Shown here piece by piece: positions 7,802 through 16,288 of a stretch of DNA of 64,000 nt. The stretch spans positions 32,001-96,000 of the IMG/VR virus record IMGVR_UViG_3300010165_000001. The stretch is one strand, 5' to 3'. The DNA is from a virus. The notes beneath the pieces were generated by a model. That model searched no databases, was not told the DNA's origin, and saw nothing but the letters and a program-made list of their open reading frames with translations. Numbering within the stretch: position 1 is the stretch's first letter; the number at the start of each line of letters is the position of its first letter. The position numbers were made by a program, and so were the translations under genes.

Positions 7802-8009
7802 TACGATTACCTAACAATATCTCTTTATGCACTTTATCACGTAAGAATTTTGCAAACTCATCATCAGAAGAAAAGACAACCTCTTCATCACTATCTTCTT
7901 GAAACTCATTAATTAAGTCTAATACTGAAGCTATGAAAGTATCTTCATCAGTTGTATACATATGAAGTAGCCTTAAGTCTCCTAAGATACTTTGAATACA
8001 TTTATCCAC
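7788..8009 (-). CDS. small acidic protein (73 aa)
   Basis: GTG start in a TAGTG overlap, 6 nt after AGAGGTGA. D/E-rich. Confidence 0.65.
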   Translation of the reverse strand: MDKCIQSILGDLRLLHMYTTDEDTFIASVLDLINEFQEDSDEEVVFSSDDEFAKFLRDKVHKEILLGNRNEES

Positions 8010-8218
8010 TATAAATCACCTCTAATTGCAATAATCAAAATCATTATACCTGCAAAACATAAAAATAAGCTTGCCATACTATATATTAAACCGAGTGTAA
8101 TTGTTCCTACATAAAAGTATACCGAAGCTATAGCTATATAATAAGCTGAAAAGTAAATAATAATTAAGCTTATTGCAATCAATAATAATCTTACAAACAA
8201 TCCTTTCACAGTCTTCAC
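8009..8218 (-). CDS. small membrane protein (about 66-69 aa)
   Basis: Two TM helices. GTG start; the second GTG (codon 4) is better spaced from AAGGGAG. Confidence 0.65.
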   Translation of the reverse strand: MKTVKGLFVRLLLIAISLIIIYFSAYYIAIASVYFYVGTITLGLIYSMASLFLCFAGIMILIIAIRGDL

Positions 8219-8619
8219 TCCCTTATATACAAGGTATTATTGAATGTGATACTTCCTTCTTCTGATAAAGTCTTTCTACTATTATCAATCTTCAAAGGAT
8301 TATATACTGTATAATATCTCCATATCTTACTATTATCTTCTACTGTTTTTACTTTACCATCAATCTCATCATAATACTTTAATAACTTTTTAACTTTCCT
8401 ATGATAACTCCAATATGATTTAAATGTATGGAACCCATAACGTTTCCATACATAAAAAGGTATCTTATAATCTGGTAACTGACTTTCTTTACCAAATTGA
8501 TACTCATATATACTTGGGATATTATCTAAGAATACAAAACCTTTAAGGTTAAAGTCATTAGAACTATAAGGACTACATAAGTAAAGTAACCTATCTAAAT
8601 CTCTAAAAAACTTCTCCAT
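8215..8619 (-). CDS. hypothetical protein (134 aa)
   Basis: AAGGAGA RBS. Y/W/K-rich. No motif recognised. Confidence 0.7.
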   Translation of the reverse strand: MEKFFRDLDRLLYLCSPYSSNDFNLKGFVFLDNIPSIYEYQFGKESQLPDYKIPFYVWKRYGFHTFKSYWSYHRKVKKLLKYYDEIDGKVKTVEDNSKIWRYYTVYNPLKIDNSRKTLSEEGSITFNNTLYIRE

Positions 8620-8634
8620 AATATCTCTATCTCC

Positions 8635-8703
8635 TTACGACATCCACCAAAGAATTAAAACAACAATAACTGTAATAATTGCTACCCAAATTATTGATTC
8701 CAT
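8635..8703 (-). CDS. candidate 22-aa TM micro-peptide
   Basis: TAATG overlap with the upstream stop. Sequence MESIIWVAIITVIVVLILWWMS. Its stop overlaps the next RBS. Confidence 0.3.
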   Translation of the reverse strand: MESIIWVAIITVIVVLILWWMS

Positions 8704-9086
8704 TACTTATCACTCGTCTCATCATCAAAATCTCGGACAAACTTATACTCTGCTACTGTACTTCCGTCTTTATTTTCTTTGTAAATTCTCATAAGCTTAA
8801 ACTTGTGTCCTTCTTTTAATTCACTTGTTTTATAAGAATCTAGGTCGATACTATTTTTTCCTGTTTTACCAGGTATATAAGACGGTAAATCCTCTACAAA
8901 ATACGCTCTATTGTTTTTAATTTCTTGTAATGTAAAATTTTCTATATAATCCACACTGTTTGTTTTATTTATTGGAACTTCATAGTTACTCTTTAATTCT
9001 CTATCCATAAGATAGAATATGCTTGCAATTGCAAACAATAACAAAACAAGAATTAAAAGTAAAATACCTTGTTTTCTTTTATTCAT
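8703..9086 (-). CDS. membrane-anchored or secreted protein (127 aa)
   Basis: N-terminal KRKQ followed by a hydrophobic helix. TAATG coupling. GAGGGTGA RBS. Confidence 0.7.
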   Translation of the reverse strand: MNKRKQGILLLILVLLLFAIASIFYLMDRELKSNYEVPINKTNSVDYIENFTLQEIKNNRAYFVEDLPSYIPGKTGKNSIDLDSYKTSELKEGHKFKLMRIYKENKDGSTVAEYKFVRDFDDETSDK

Positions 9087-9781
9087 TATTTTTCACCCTC
9101 AAATATATAAACTTCTCTGTCAATAATAGGGCAAAACACCATTTTCTTATTTCCTTCTAGTAATTCTTTATACTTTAAACTTCGTTTAATATCTTCATCT
9201 GGATTAGTTAATTCTTTGTACCTGCTTAAGACTTCATCAATTCTATTATCAAAATAGTTTTGGTCTACTATCTCTAAGTAATCTACTTTAGCATTACTCA
9301 TTAAGATTTTATTGTCTCCAATATCTTCAACTTCCTTAACCTTTAAACCTTCTTCTAACTTCTGAACCATTTCTCCTTGTGTAATGCTATTATCACCAAT
9401 TTTGAATAATAGTTCACAGTTATTCACATAATCTAGTGTATCTTTAGATATAGGTTCTTCTCCCATATCTTCAACTTCTAGAATATAATCTTCTAAGTTC
9501 ACAGGTTCTTTACCTAAAGCAATGTAACTACCTTGAGGAATATCATAGAATTCACTTGCATACTTATCTACATGAATATATAGAAGGTTTGCTTGTTCAT
9601 TCTTTTTAAGTTCCTCAAAGTCTCCAATAAAATCACTTGTATTGTCTTTGAATAAGTTATTAATCATTGTCTCCTTAGTGTAGTTATGGTTCTCAACTTT
9701 TTCATGAGTACCTTCAGGTAGACTTTCTAATTTCTTAGATTGTTTAAGTTCATTAATTCTATCTTGTATATTTTTACGCAA
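9086..9781 (-). CDS. hypothetical acidic protein (231 aa)
   Basis: TTG start 7 nt after AAAGGAGAG. Confidence 0.7.
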   Translation of the reverse strand: MRKNIQDRINELKQSKKLESLPEGTHEKVENHNYTKETMINNLFKDNTSDFIGDFEELKKNEQANLLYIHVDKYASEFYDIPQGSYIALGKEPVNLEDYILEVEDMGEEPISKDTLDYVNNCELLFKIGDNSITQGEMVQKLEEGLKVKEVEDIGDNKILMSNAKVDYLEIVDQNYFDNRIDEVLSRYKELTNPDEDIKRSLKYKELLEGNKKMVFCPIIDREVYIFEGEK

Positions 9782-9795
9782 TATAAATCTCTCCT

Positions 9796-10224
9796 TTAGT
9801 CACTAAGGATTTCTTCTCTCTCTTTATCTTTTCTTGGTACATCATATTTATCTAAGATATAGTATAAACCATTCTTATATAAATCATACTTCTCATAAAT
9901 ATCTTTAAGTTTCATAAACTGATAATCATTAATTAATTCTTGTAAGACTTTTGGATTATCTAGAATATGACTTACTCTTTCTTCTACCTTTAAACTCTTT
10001 CTACGATTTAATCTACCATAGTTATTAACAACAGATTGTACAGTACCACTACTAATCTTAAACTCTTTCATAATTTCTCTCATTGTAAAACCTGCATAGT
10101 AAGCTTCACAAATTGCTTTTTCCTTTTCAGTCTTGAAAGACTTCTTACTAATTGGTGTATACTCTTTCTTTGGTGTTACCTTTTGTTTATCTTTATTACT
10201 TAATTTAATTTCCACAATACCCAC
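9796..10224 (-). CDS. HTH DNA-binding protein (about 139-142 aa)
   Basis: ICEAYYAGFTMREIMKEFKISSGTVQSVV resembles a sigma-70 region-4 / resolvase-type HTH. GTG start. Confidence 0.55.
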   Translation of the reverse strand: MGIVEIKLSNKDKQKVTPKKEYTPISKKSFKTEKEKAICEAYYAGFTMREIMKEFKISSGTVQSVVNNYGRLNRRKSLKVEERVSHILDNPKVLQELINDYQFMKLKDIYEKYDLYKNGLYYILDKYDVPRKDKEREEILSD

Positions 10225-10230
10225 TCCTAA

Positions 10231-10671
10231 TTAATATTTATTTAAATCTGATTCTTTATATACATTTGAATCATTACTTACAGTATACCAGTAATCTTTA
10301 TTATTGTCAATATAAATATTTGTAATTTCTGCAATATCTTTTTCAAACCCATCAACAGGGTTATAAGATACAGGTTGCCCAATCTTAAATCTGTTATCTT
10401 GTTCTTGCCATTCAGAATCTAAATACACTTTATAGTTCATTAAAGCATTTAAAGAATAATTATTTAATTGCCAATAACGATTATAATAGAAGGTTTCTTT
10501 TTTAGTATCTAGACTTGTTTCTGTAGCTGTATACTTTCCTTTCTTAATACGTATTAAGACTGGTGTACCTTCTTGGTCTACTCTTAAAACATTACCTTCT
10601 TCTAATAATCTTACTATATCTACAATACTATCTATCGGTTTTAATTCTTTAACTTCTTTTAAATCAGACAT
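10231..10671 (-). CDS. hypothetical protein (146 aa)
   Basis: AAGGAGAG RBS. Confidence 0.7.
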   Translation of the reverse strand: MSDLKEVKELKPIDSIVDIVRLLEEGNVLRVDQEGTPVLIRIKKGKYTATETSLDTKKETFYYNRYWQLNNYSLNALMNYKVYLDSEWQEQDNRFKIGQPVSYNPVDGFEKDIAEITNIYIDNNKDYWYTVSNDSNVYKESDLNKY

Positions 10672-10682
10672 TTAAACTCTCC

Positions 10683-11423
10683 TTAAATAGAGTATCCAAT
10701 ACGTTCTAATGATTCCTTAAGTTTTCTATCTTCATCATCTAAGTCTAAGTTTCTGTAGAATTCTTCTTCGACCTCTTGCATTTTATTTAATACTTCTTCA
10801 TGTTGGTCTTCTGGAATATATTCTAACATTGTTTCAGTCATAGCGGTTTCCTTAGCTACTTGTTTTAACTGTAATTCTCTTAAACCTAATAAAGACATTC
10901 CTTTTAATTGACCATCAGTAATCTTATCTTTAATTTCAATAGCTTTCATAGCAATACTAGGGTCTAGTGTGTAAATCTCATCTAAACCTATATCACCTTT
11001 ACTAATAATTTTATCTAAGAAACTAACATCATCTAAAAGGTCTCTCGTCTTACTCATTGTAGCATTAAAAGGATGGTTTTCACTATTAGGGTTTGTATCT
11101 AGAATATCTTGTTCTTTATGTTCTATAGAAACAACATTTGTTTTCTTACGTTTATCTAGATAGTCACCTAAGTCCCAACCATTCTTAACACATTCTTCTC
11201 TAGATTTACTATATCTAGACAATGAAGGAATAGAAATATCAAAATCATATGCTTGACAAAGCTCTTGTATCTCTTCTAAAGTATATCCTTTATCTAAAGC
11301 ATTGTGTACTTTAGAGGATAGCTCTTTATTATTATAAAGCTTTGTTTGAACATTTTCTCGTTTTGGTTTCTCTTGTTTTGACTTTGCATCATTTTTATTT
11401 CTTAAATTTTTCTTATTACTCAT
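10683..11423 (-). CDS. putative DNA-binding protein (246 aa)
   Basis: Basic N-terminus, then an HTH-like segment GYTLEEIQELCQAYDFDISIPSLSRYSK. First gene after the 320-bp gap. Confidence 0.65.
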   Translation of the reverse strand: MSNKKNLRNKNDAKSKQEKPKRENVQTKLYNNKELSSKVHNALDKGYTLEEIQELCQAYDFDISIPSLSRYSKSREECVKNGWDLGDYLDKRKKTNVVSIEHKEQDILDTNPNSENHPFNATMSKTRDLLDDVSFLDKIISKGDIGLDEIYTLDPSIAMKAIEIKDKITDGQLKGMSLLGLRELQLKQVAKETAMTETMLEYIPEDQHEEVLNKMQEVEEEFYRNLDLDDEDRKLKESLERIGYSI

Positions 11424-11658
11424 TATCCTTACGCTCCTAATATAATAGTTAAACTTTTTGAATTGAAAATTATAGTTAAATATGACCCTTAAATCATTGA
11501 CACTAAAGGGTTTAGTATTTCGGTTTTCAGTATTAATATATCAACTTTTTACAGTTTTTAATTAATAATAGTTCTCACTATAAAAAAGTACACTAAGTAG
11601 TATATTTTTTAACTGTATATATTGTATATACACACTATACATACTGGAAATATTTTCT

Positions 11659-11701
11659 AAACCATTTTCATTTTTTATTTCTAAAGTGAAAACCATTTTC
11701 A
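11659..11701. repeat. two 12-bp direct repeats aaaccattttca (11659..11670, 11690..11701)
   Basis: Exact copies 31 bp apart inside the largest non-coding gap. The second copy lies within the 6-3-6 palindrome tgaaaa-cca-ttttca. Confidence 0.8.
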
Positions 11702-11743
11702 AAATATCTAACTATTAACTATACAATTATGTGTATGAAAAAT

Positions 11744-11968
11744 CTATTTAGTACGGTCTACATCATCTAAATTCTTTAGTTCAGGCTCTGAATTAGACTC
11801 AGAAGTTACTTCTTCAGAATCAGACTCATAGTCATCTTCCTCATCGTATCCCTCATCATCATAATATAATTGGTCATATAAACCATCTTCCCAATTCTCA
11901 TCTATCTTTTTACTTAGGTATAAACCTACACCTGCACAAACCATGAATATTAAAATATACATAAACAT
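11744..11968 (-). CDS. TM protein with poly-acidic tail (74 aa)
   Basis: N-terminal TM MFMYILIFMVCAGVGLYL, then YDDEGYDEEDDYESDSEE. AAGGAGG RBS 9 nt upstream. Confidence 0.7.
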   Translation of the reverse strand: MFMYILIFMVCAGVGLYLSKKIDENWEDGLYDQLYYDDEGYDEEDDYESDSEEVTSESNSEPELKNLDDVDRTK

Positions 11969-11970
11969 GT

Positions 11971-12021
11971 AAAAAAACCTCCTTGATTAATTATACTCTT
12001 AGTATACATTAATCAAGGAGG
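11971..12021 (-). terminator. strong hairpin terminator that includes the next gene's RBS
   Basis: 14-bp perfect inverted repeat CCTCCTTGATTAAT/ATTAATCAAGGAGG plus an inner 6-bp TATACT/AGTATA stem, followed by T7. Confidence 0.7.
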
Positions 12022-12029
12022 GTTGTCAA
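12001..12029 (-). promoter_or_regulatory. sigma-A promoter nested in the hairpin
   Basis: TTGACA (12029..12024), 17 nt, TATACT (12006..12001). Confidence 0.75.
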
Positions 12030-12032
12030 GCA

Positions 12033-12959
12033 TTAAATATAAATTGTTAGTTCTTTTTCTTTACCAAAATTAAAGTTTAACTCAAATCTTGTATTATCTG
12101 CTTTAGATATAACTTCTGCACTTTTTAATTTACTTAAGTCTAAATTAATAAATGAATTACTACTCAAGACAGATACTCTTTGGTCTTCTTGATTAACAAT
12201 AATACGCATACCTTTATAATTAATATTAAATAGGTTTACTCTAAGTTCTTCACCTGAATAATAAGCTCCACCTATTTCTTTATTTAATATTGTGTTACCA
12301 CTAATCAACATTAGTAAGTTTCTAGCACTTGTAGGTGTTAAAGATTCTTCTAATGATAACTTACCTAATAAAGTTTCTCCGTCATATTCTGGTACTGTAG
12401 TTAATATCTCTACACCATGTGTGTATTCTACACCCTCATCATTAAAATCAGTTACAATACCCGTTTCATAAATACGGTATAAACGATATTTATTATCTTT
12501 ACCTATCTTGAAGTCTTGGTATTCTACAGTAGGATTAACAAACTGATGTCTCATACTTACTCTAAAGTTTTCTGAAGTCTTCATATCTTTAAGGATTTGA
12601 GCAGTTAAGAAACCTTGTCCTACATTAAGTTGTCCATAAAGTTCATTCATATTTATGTCTGCAAAACCTGTTTGTTCTGCAATATACATAAAATCTTTAA
12701 GTCTATCTACATCAGAAGCATGAACTTTAAGTATACTTGTAAATTCTATGTTACTTGTATCAGATACATCATAGATATAAGAGTCACTAACAATACCTTC
12801 TATCATATTATCACTAATAACTTTTACACCTAATACTTCAAATTCTTTTTTCTTTAACTTATTTAAAAATGATTGTATTTTCATTTCTTTAATTGTACTT
12901 TTCATTTCTGTTTTATCCATAACTCTAATTCTATCCTTTCTTTTGGTCTTTAGATTCAT
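12033..12959 (-). CDS. hypothetical protein (about 295-308 aa)
   Basis: Long ORF. The start could be the ATG at 12959 or the internal MDKTEMK. No motif recognised. Confidence 0.7.
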   Translation of the reverse strand: MNLKTKRKDRIRVMDKTEMKSTIKEMKIQSFLNKLKKKEFEVLGVKVISDNMIEGIVSDSYIYDVSDTSNIEFTSILKVHASDVDRLKDFMYIAEQTGFADINMNELYGQLNVGQGFLTAQILKDMKTSENFRVSMRHQFVNPTVEYQDFKIGKDNKYRLYRIYETGIVTDFNDEGVEYTHGVEILTTVPEYDGETLLGKLSLEESLTPTSARNLLMLISGNTILNKEIGGAYYSGEELRVNLFNINYKGMRIIVNQEDQRVSVLSSNSFINLDLSKLKSAEVISKADNTRFELNFNFGKEKELTIYI

Positions 12960-13389
12960 TAGTTAGACTTCTAGCTTTCCTACCAGAAACTCTAACCCTA
13001 TATCTAAAGATAATAATTAAGTTTGTTTGAGTAAATGTTCTTTGTTCTCTAATACTACATTTACCTAACAACTTTTTCCCTTTTCTTATATAATATACCC
13101 TATCTGTATGAAGAATATCTTCCGTTTTCTTATGCTGTCTTACTGTAAGGAATTGTTCTTTAATATTTAAGAAATCTGTAATTAAATTTAAGGCATATTT
13201 TCTTTGTAGACTTAAATCTTTAGATGATACATTTTTATATACTTTAACAAAAGCTATTTTATACTTAATTGTTTTAGCACTATCACTAATTTCTACTTTC
13301 TTTCGTTTATAAAATAAGGGTTTGTTATTTACACCTAACATATTTCCTAAGGGAGCATAGTTAACAAAAGGTTTATTTTTCTTTGTCAA
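12931..13389 (-). CDS. hypothetical basic protein (152 aa)
   Basis: K/R-rich ORF overlapping both neighbours. Confidence 0.6.
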   Translation of the reverse strand: MTKKNKPFVNYAPLGNMLGVNNKPLFYKRKKVEISDSAKTIKYKIAFVKVYKNVSSKDLSLQRKYALNLITDFLNIKEQFLTVRQHKKTEDILHTDRVYYIRKGKKLLGKCSIREQRTFTQTNLIIIFRYRVRVSGRKARSLTNESKDQKKG

Positions 13390-14125
13390 GTAAATCCCCC
13401 ATTTCTGTGTTTAAAGCTTTAAAGAAGTTATCTTCAACAATCTTCCATCTATCATTATAACCATAAATAACAGTTCTTGTAAAGAGTTTATAAGCATTAT
13501 TCCATCCTAAATAACTAAGTAAACCATTAATAATCTGTGGTTTTGTATTTCTTTTTCTAGAAAAAGCTAAGTTATTCGCATGCCCTTCACCTGAAGAGTG
13601 TCCTTGAGCATTAATATTGTATCCTGTTCTAAATGTAACAGGGTCTCTTACGTACCTCATTAGAATAAGTAATACGTTCTTCCATAAAATATTCAAACAA
13701 TGATAAGGATTTCTATGTGGGCTATATGTTGCTTGCTTGTACTTACCTATCATTACTTCACCCTTAAACTCTATATAACTTAAAATACCTACATGATTAT
13801 GGTTATGGTCTTTTAAAATCTTCTCTACTTTAGGTAAATGTTTGTCATGACAGAGTACATATACATAAGAACACACCTGACTATAGTAAAACATTTGTTT
13901 ATTCAGTCTATGTGTGGAATCTCTCTCTGTCTTGATTTCTATACCTAATGTATGCCCGTTTTTATCTAATACAAAACAGTCCATAATACACTTACCTTGT
14001 GCTATAGCTTTCTCATTATATATACGAATGTCATCTATATCACTTGTAATCCCATCATCGTAGAATAAATGTCTTTCTTTTAATACTGCCTTCTTGATAT
14101 CTGCTTCATAAAATTTCTTAGACAT
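13373..14125 (-). CDS. PD-(D/E)XK nuclease-fold protein (MmcB-like), 250 aa
   Basis: CFVLDKNGHTLGIEIKTERDS gives D..(E)IK, followed by QMFYYSQVCSYVYVL. Start moved to 14125 (GGTGGA RBS, ATGTCTAA overlap). Confidence 0.5.
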   Translation of the reverse strand: MSKKFYEADIKKAVLKERHLFYDDGITSDIDDIRIYNEKAIAQGKCIMDCFVLDKNGHTLGIEIKTERDSTHRLNKQMFYYSQVCSYVYVLCHDKHLPKVEKILKDHNHNHVGILSYIEFKGEVMIGKYKQATYSPHRNPYHCLNILWKNVLLILMRYVRDPVTFRTGYNINAQGHSSGEGHANNLAFSRKRNTKPQIINGLLSYLGWNNAYKLFTRTVIYGYNDRWKIVEDNFFKALNTEMGDLLDKEK

Positions 14126-14657
14126 TGATATTATCTTCCACCATTCTCTGATACTCTGAAATAACACTTTCTAATGGAACATAAGACTTAACCCAAGATA
14201 TTGTTTCTAATGAAATAAACACTCCTGTGTAGTCCCCACCTGTTTGTTTTGCTCCTTTATTACTATAAATCGTACCTTCAGGTCTACGTTCAAAGAAACC
14301 TTTACCATACTTACCTGTAATAGTATCTCTACCATTATGAACAACTACAGAAGCAAATAAAGGGTCTTCATAAACAGTTTTATACTCATACTTATCTCCT
14401 ACACTACGTCTAATAGAATCACTTAATGTTGTTCCTCCAGGTAAGAGTTTATCAGTTTTATTGATAGAAACTTTCTTATGTGCTCTTGTAGGTTTATCAG
14501 ACTTAGGGTCTTGCACCCTATAAACTAACACATACTCCTCTCCATATTCCTCAATATAAACTATGTAATACTGCGGAACATCTTTAAAGTAATATATACC
14601 TTCACTAATACGTGTTGTTAGGTTATTTTCTTCCATATTTAAGTTACTGAATTCCAT
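14118..14657 (-). CDS. hypothetical protein (179 aa)
   Basis: GAGAGGTGA RBS. Own consensus promoter. Confidence 0.7.
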   Translation of the reverse strand: MEFSNLNMEENNLTTRISEGIYYFKDVPQYYIVYIEEYGEEYVLVYRVQDPKSDKPTRAHKKVSINKTDKLLPGGTTLSDSIRRSVGDKYEYKTVYEDPLFASVVVHNGRDTITGKYGKGFFERRPEGTIYSNKGAKQTGGDYTGVFISLETISWVKSYVPLESVISEYQRMVEDNINV

Positions 14658-14678
14658 CTATTTCACCTCTCTCTATCT

Positions 14679-14707
14679 ATTATAGCATAAAAAAAGAGAT
14701 AAGTCAA
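14679..14707 (-). promoter_or_regulatory. sigma-A promoter nested in a terminator
   Basis: TTGACT (14707..14702), 17 nt, TATAAT (14684..14679). Confidence 0.8.
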
Positions 14708-14720
14708 ATTACTTATCTCT
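14689..14720 (-). terminator. rho-independent terminator
   Basis: AGAGATAAGT-AATTTG-ACTTATCTCT (10 bp), then T7. The 5' arm is the end of the 108-aa ORF. Confidence 0.75.
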
Positions 14721-15035
14721 CTTCTGTAACAATGATACAATTAAATTACCTAGTAAAGTACATACAGTATATAAGATGTAAGCACCTACTGTTACCCATA
14801 TTACATTATTAAATGTAAATGATAAAGGTGTAGTAGGTATTTTTAAAACTATACATCCTACAATAATAAATACCAATTGAGGTACAATTGTATAACTATA
14901 TGTCCATTTAGGAAAGCTCTCTCCTGTTCTTTGGAAAGCTTTCCTTTCTTCAATTAGTCCTGTAGTTACTTGAACAGCTGTGTTAACTGTTGTGACAAAT
15001 AATAAAACATATATAACAATATTAATTAGTTCCAT
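14709..15035 (-). CDS. membrane protein (108 aa, 3 TM)
   Basis: Hydrophobic throughout. RBS GGTGAG. Confidence 0.7.
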   Translation of the reverse strand: MELINIVIYVLLFVTTVNTAVQVTTGLIEERKAFQRTGESFPKWTYSYTIVPQLVFIIVGCIVLKIPTTPLSFTFNNVIWVTVGAYILYTVCTLLGNLIVSLLQKRDK

Positions 15036-15043
15036 TTGCTCAC

Positions 15044-16288
15044 CTACAAATAAACTGTTTTAAGTTCAATATCATCTGAATTATGTTCCAAGAACAATAA
15101 TTGCTGAGAAGGTGCTGTACGTGATAAGTTAAGTTCTTTGCTATATGTGTTATAACCAATCGTACTACCTACTGTAATATGTTGTCTTGTATAATCTTCT
15201 TGTTTAACTTTAAGATGGTGTACATGTCCTGTAATAAGGATATCAAACACTTGGTCTTTAATAAACTTAGGAATATGGTTTACATTACCTTTAAGTGTAT
15301 CTCCATGATTTACAATAATATTCTTACCACATACTTGGTCTTCAATTGTGTATACATCGTCCCTATTATCAATAATTTCAATACCATTAAATAATTCTAA
15401 TTCCTGTAAATTAATCAATGTATCTAAAACAATGTAAGCTACATTATCATTGTAAATCTTTTCATTCTTATTACCTTGTAAACGGTCATGATTTCCACCA
15501 ATCATACCAAACTTCAAGTTACCTTCAGTTACATCACTAATTTGTTGGATTACATCAATCAATAATCGAGTACCTTTTGTAATTTGCTCTGATAAAGTAA
15601 ACTCTGTATCAAATGCTTGGTTTACATTTCTCATTGAAACGTGTTCGATAAGGTCTCCTACAAAGTATATTGTAACATTACGAATATCTCTTTCCAAGAT
15701 TTCTTTTACTGTTTTATTAACAAAGTGTTGGATACGTTCTTTTAAGATTTCAAAGTTATATCCACCTGTTTTAGAATCTTTAAACTGGTAACCAATATGA
15801 GTATCGCTCAATAATACAACTAATTCTTTATCATTAGACTCTTTAATAGTAATACCTGATTCTCTATCTAAGATAGGTTCCTCAATAGACTTAAAATCTT
15901 CTCTTAAGTCTTGCATAAGTATTGTAGTATAAGCATGAGGTTCTTGTTGTTTCCTAACCTCTCTTAGTTCGGCTAACCTACGCTTGTTATCTACAACATA
16001 GTTAGATACAGCATCTACGAGTTTCTTATCTTCAAAAGGTTTATCACCTGTAACTCCTTCTACTGTATCTAAAGTAATTTCACCATCAATTGCTTGTTCT
16101 TTAATATCTGCTAAATAATTATCAGCATCGATTTCATTATAAATCTCTTGTATCTCTTTTGCCCTTACTCTATCTAATCCTAGTTCATTGATAATCTTAT
16201 TGAATTTAGATGATACAATCTTACCTTCATCTCTTAATAAGACACCAAAGACGACTGCATATACTTCTTCTACTGTGTTAAACTTCAT
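15044..16288 (-). CDS. calcineurin-like metallophosphoesterase (414 aa)
   Basis: Motifs LSDTHIG, VGDLIEH, GGNHD, VNHGD and ITGHVHH appear in canonical order, after a roughly 150-aa N-terminal extension. Confidence 0.8.
   Translation of the reverse strand: MKFNTVEEVYAVVFGVLLRDEGKIVSSKFNKIINELGLDRVRAKEIQEIYNEIDADNYLADIKEQAIDGEITLDTVEGVTGDKPFEDKKLVDAVSNYVVDNKRRLAELREVRKQQEPHAYTTILMQDLREDFKSIEEPILDRESGITIKESNDKELVVLLSDTHIGYQFKDSKTGGYNFEILKERIQHFVNKTVKEILERDIRNVTIYFVGDLIEHVSMRNVNQAFDTEFTLSEQITKGTRLLIDVIQQISDVTEGNLKFGMIGGNHDRLQGNKNEKIYNDNVAYIVLDTLINLQELELFNGIEIIDNRDDVYTIEDQVCGKNIIVNHGDTLKGNVNHIPKFIKDQVFDILITGHVHHLKVKQEDYTRQHITVGSTIGYNTYSKELNLSRTAPSQQLLFLEHNSDDIELKTVYL

Noticed and set aside
10683-11423. 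The 246-aa HTH protein as a small terminase subunit.
   Set aside because: An N-terminal HTH plus a helical C-terminus is compatible but nonspecific. No adjacent large terminase is present, and the location in an early-type region argues against it.
11497-11502. A plus-strand TTGACA in the 320-bp gap, as a possible divergent promoter.
   Set aside because: There is no acceptable -10 at 16-18 nt and no plus-strand gene to serve.
12033-12959. The 308-aa ORF as a sliding-clamp-like protein.
   Set aside because: The only support is size and a beta-rich impression. No clamp motifs could be identified by eye.
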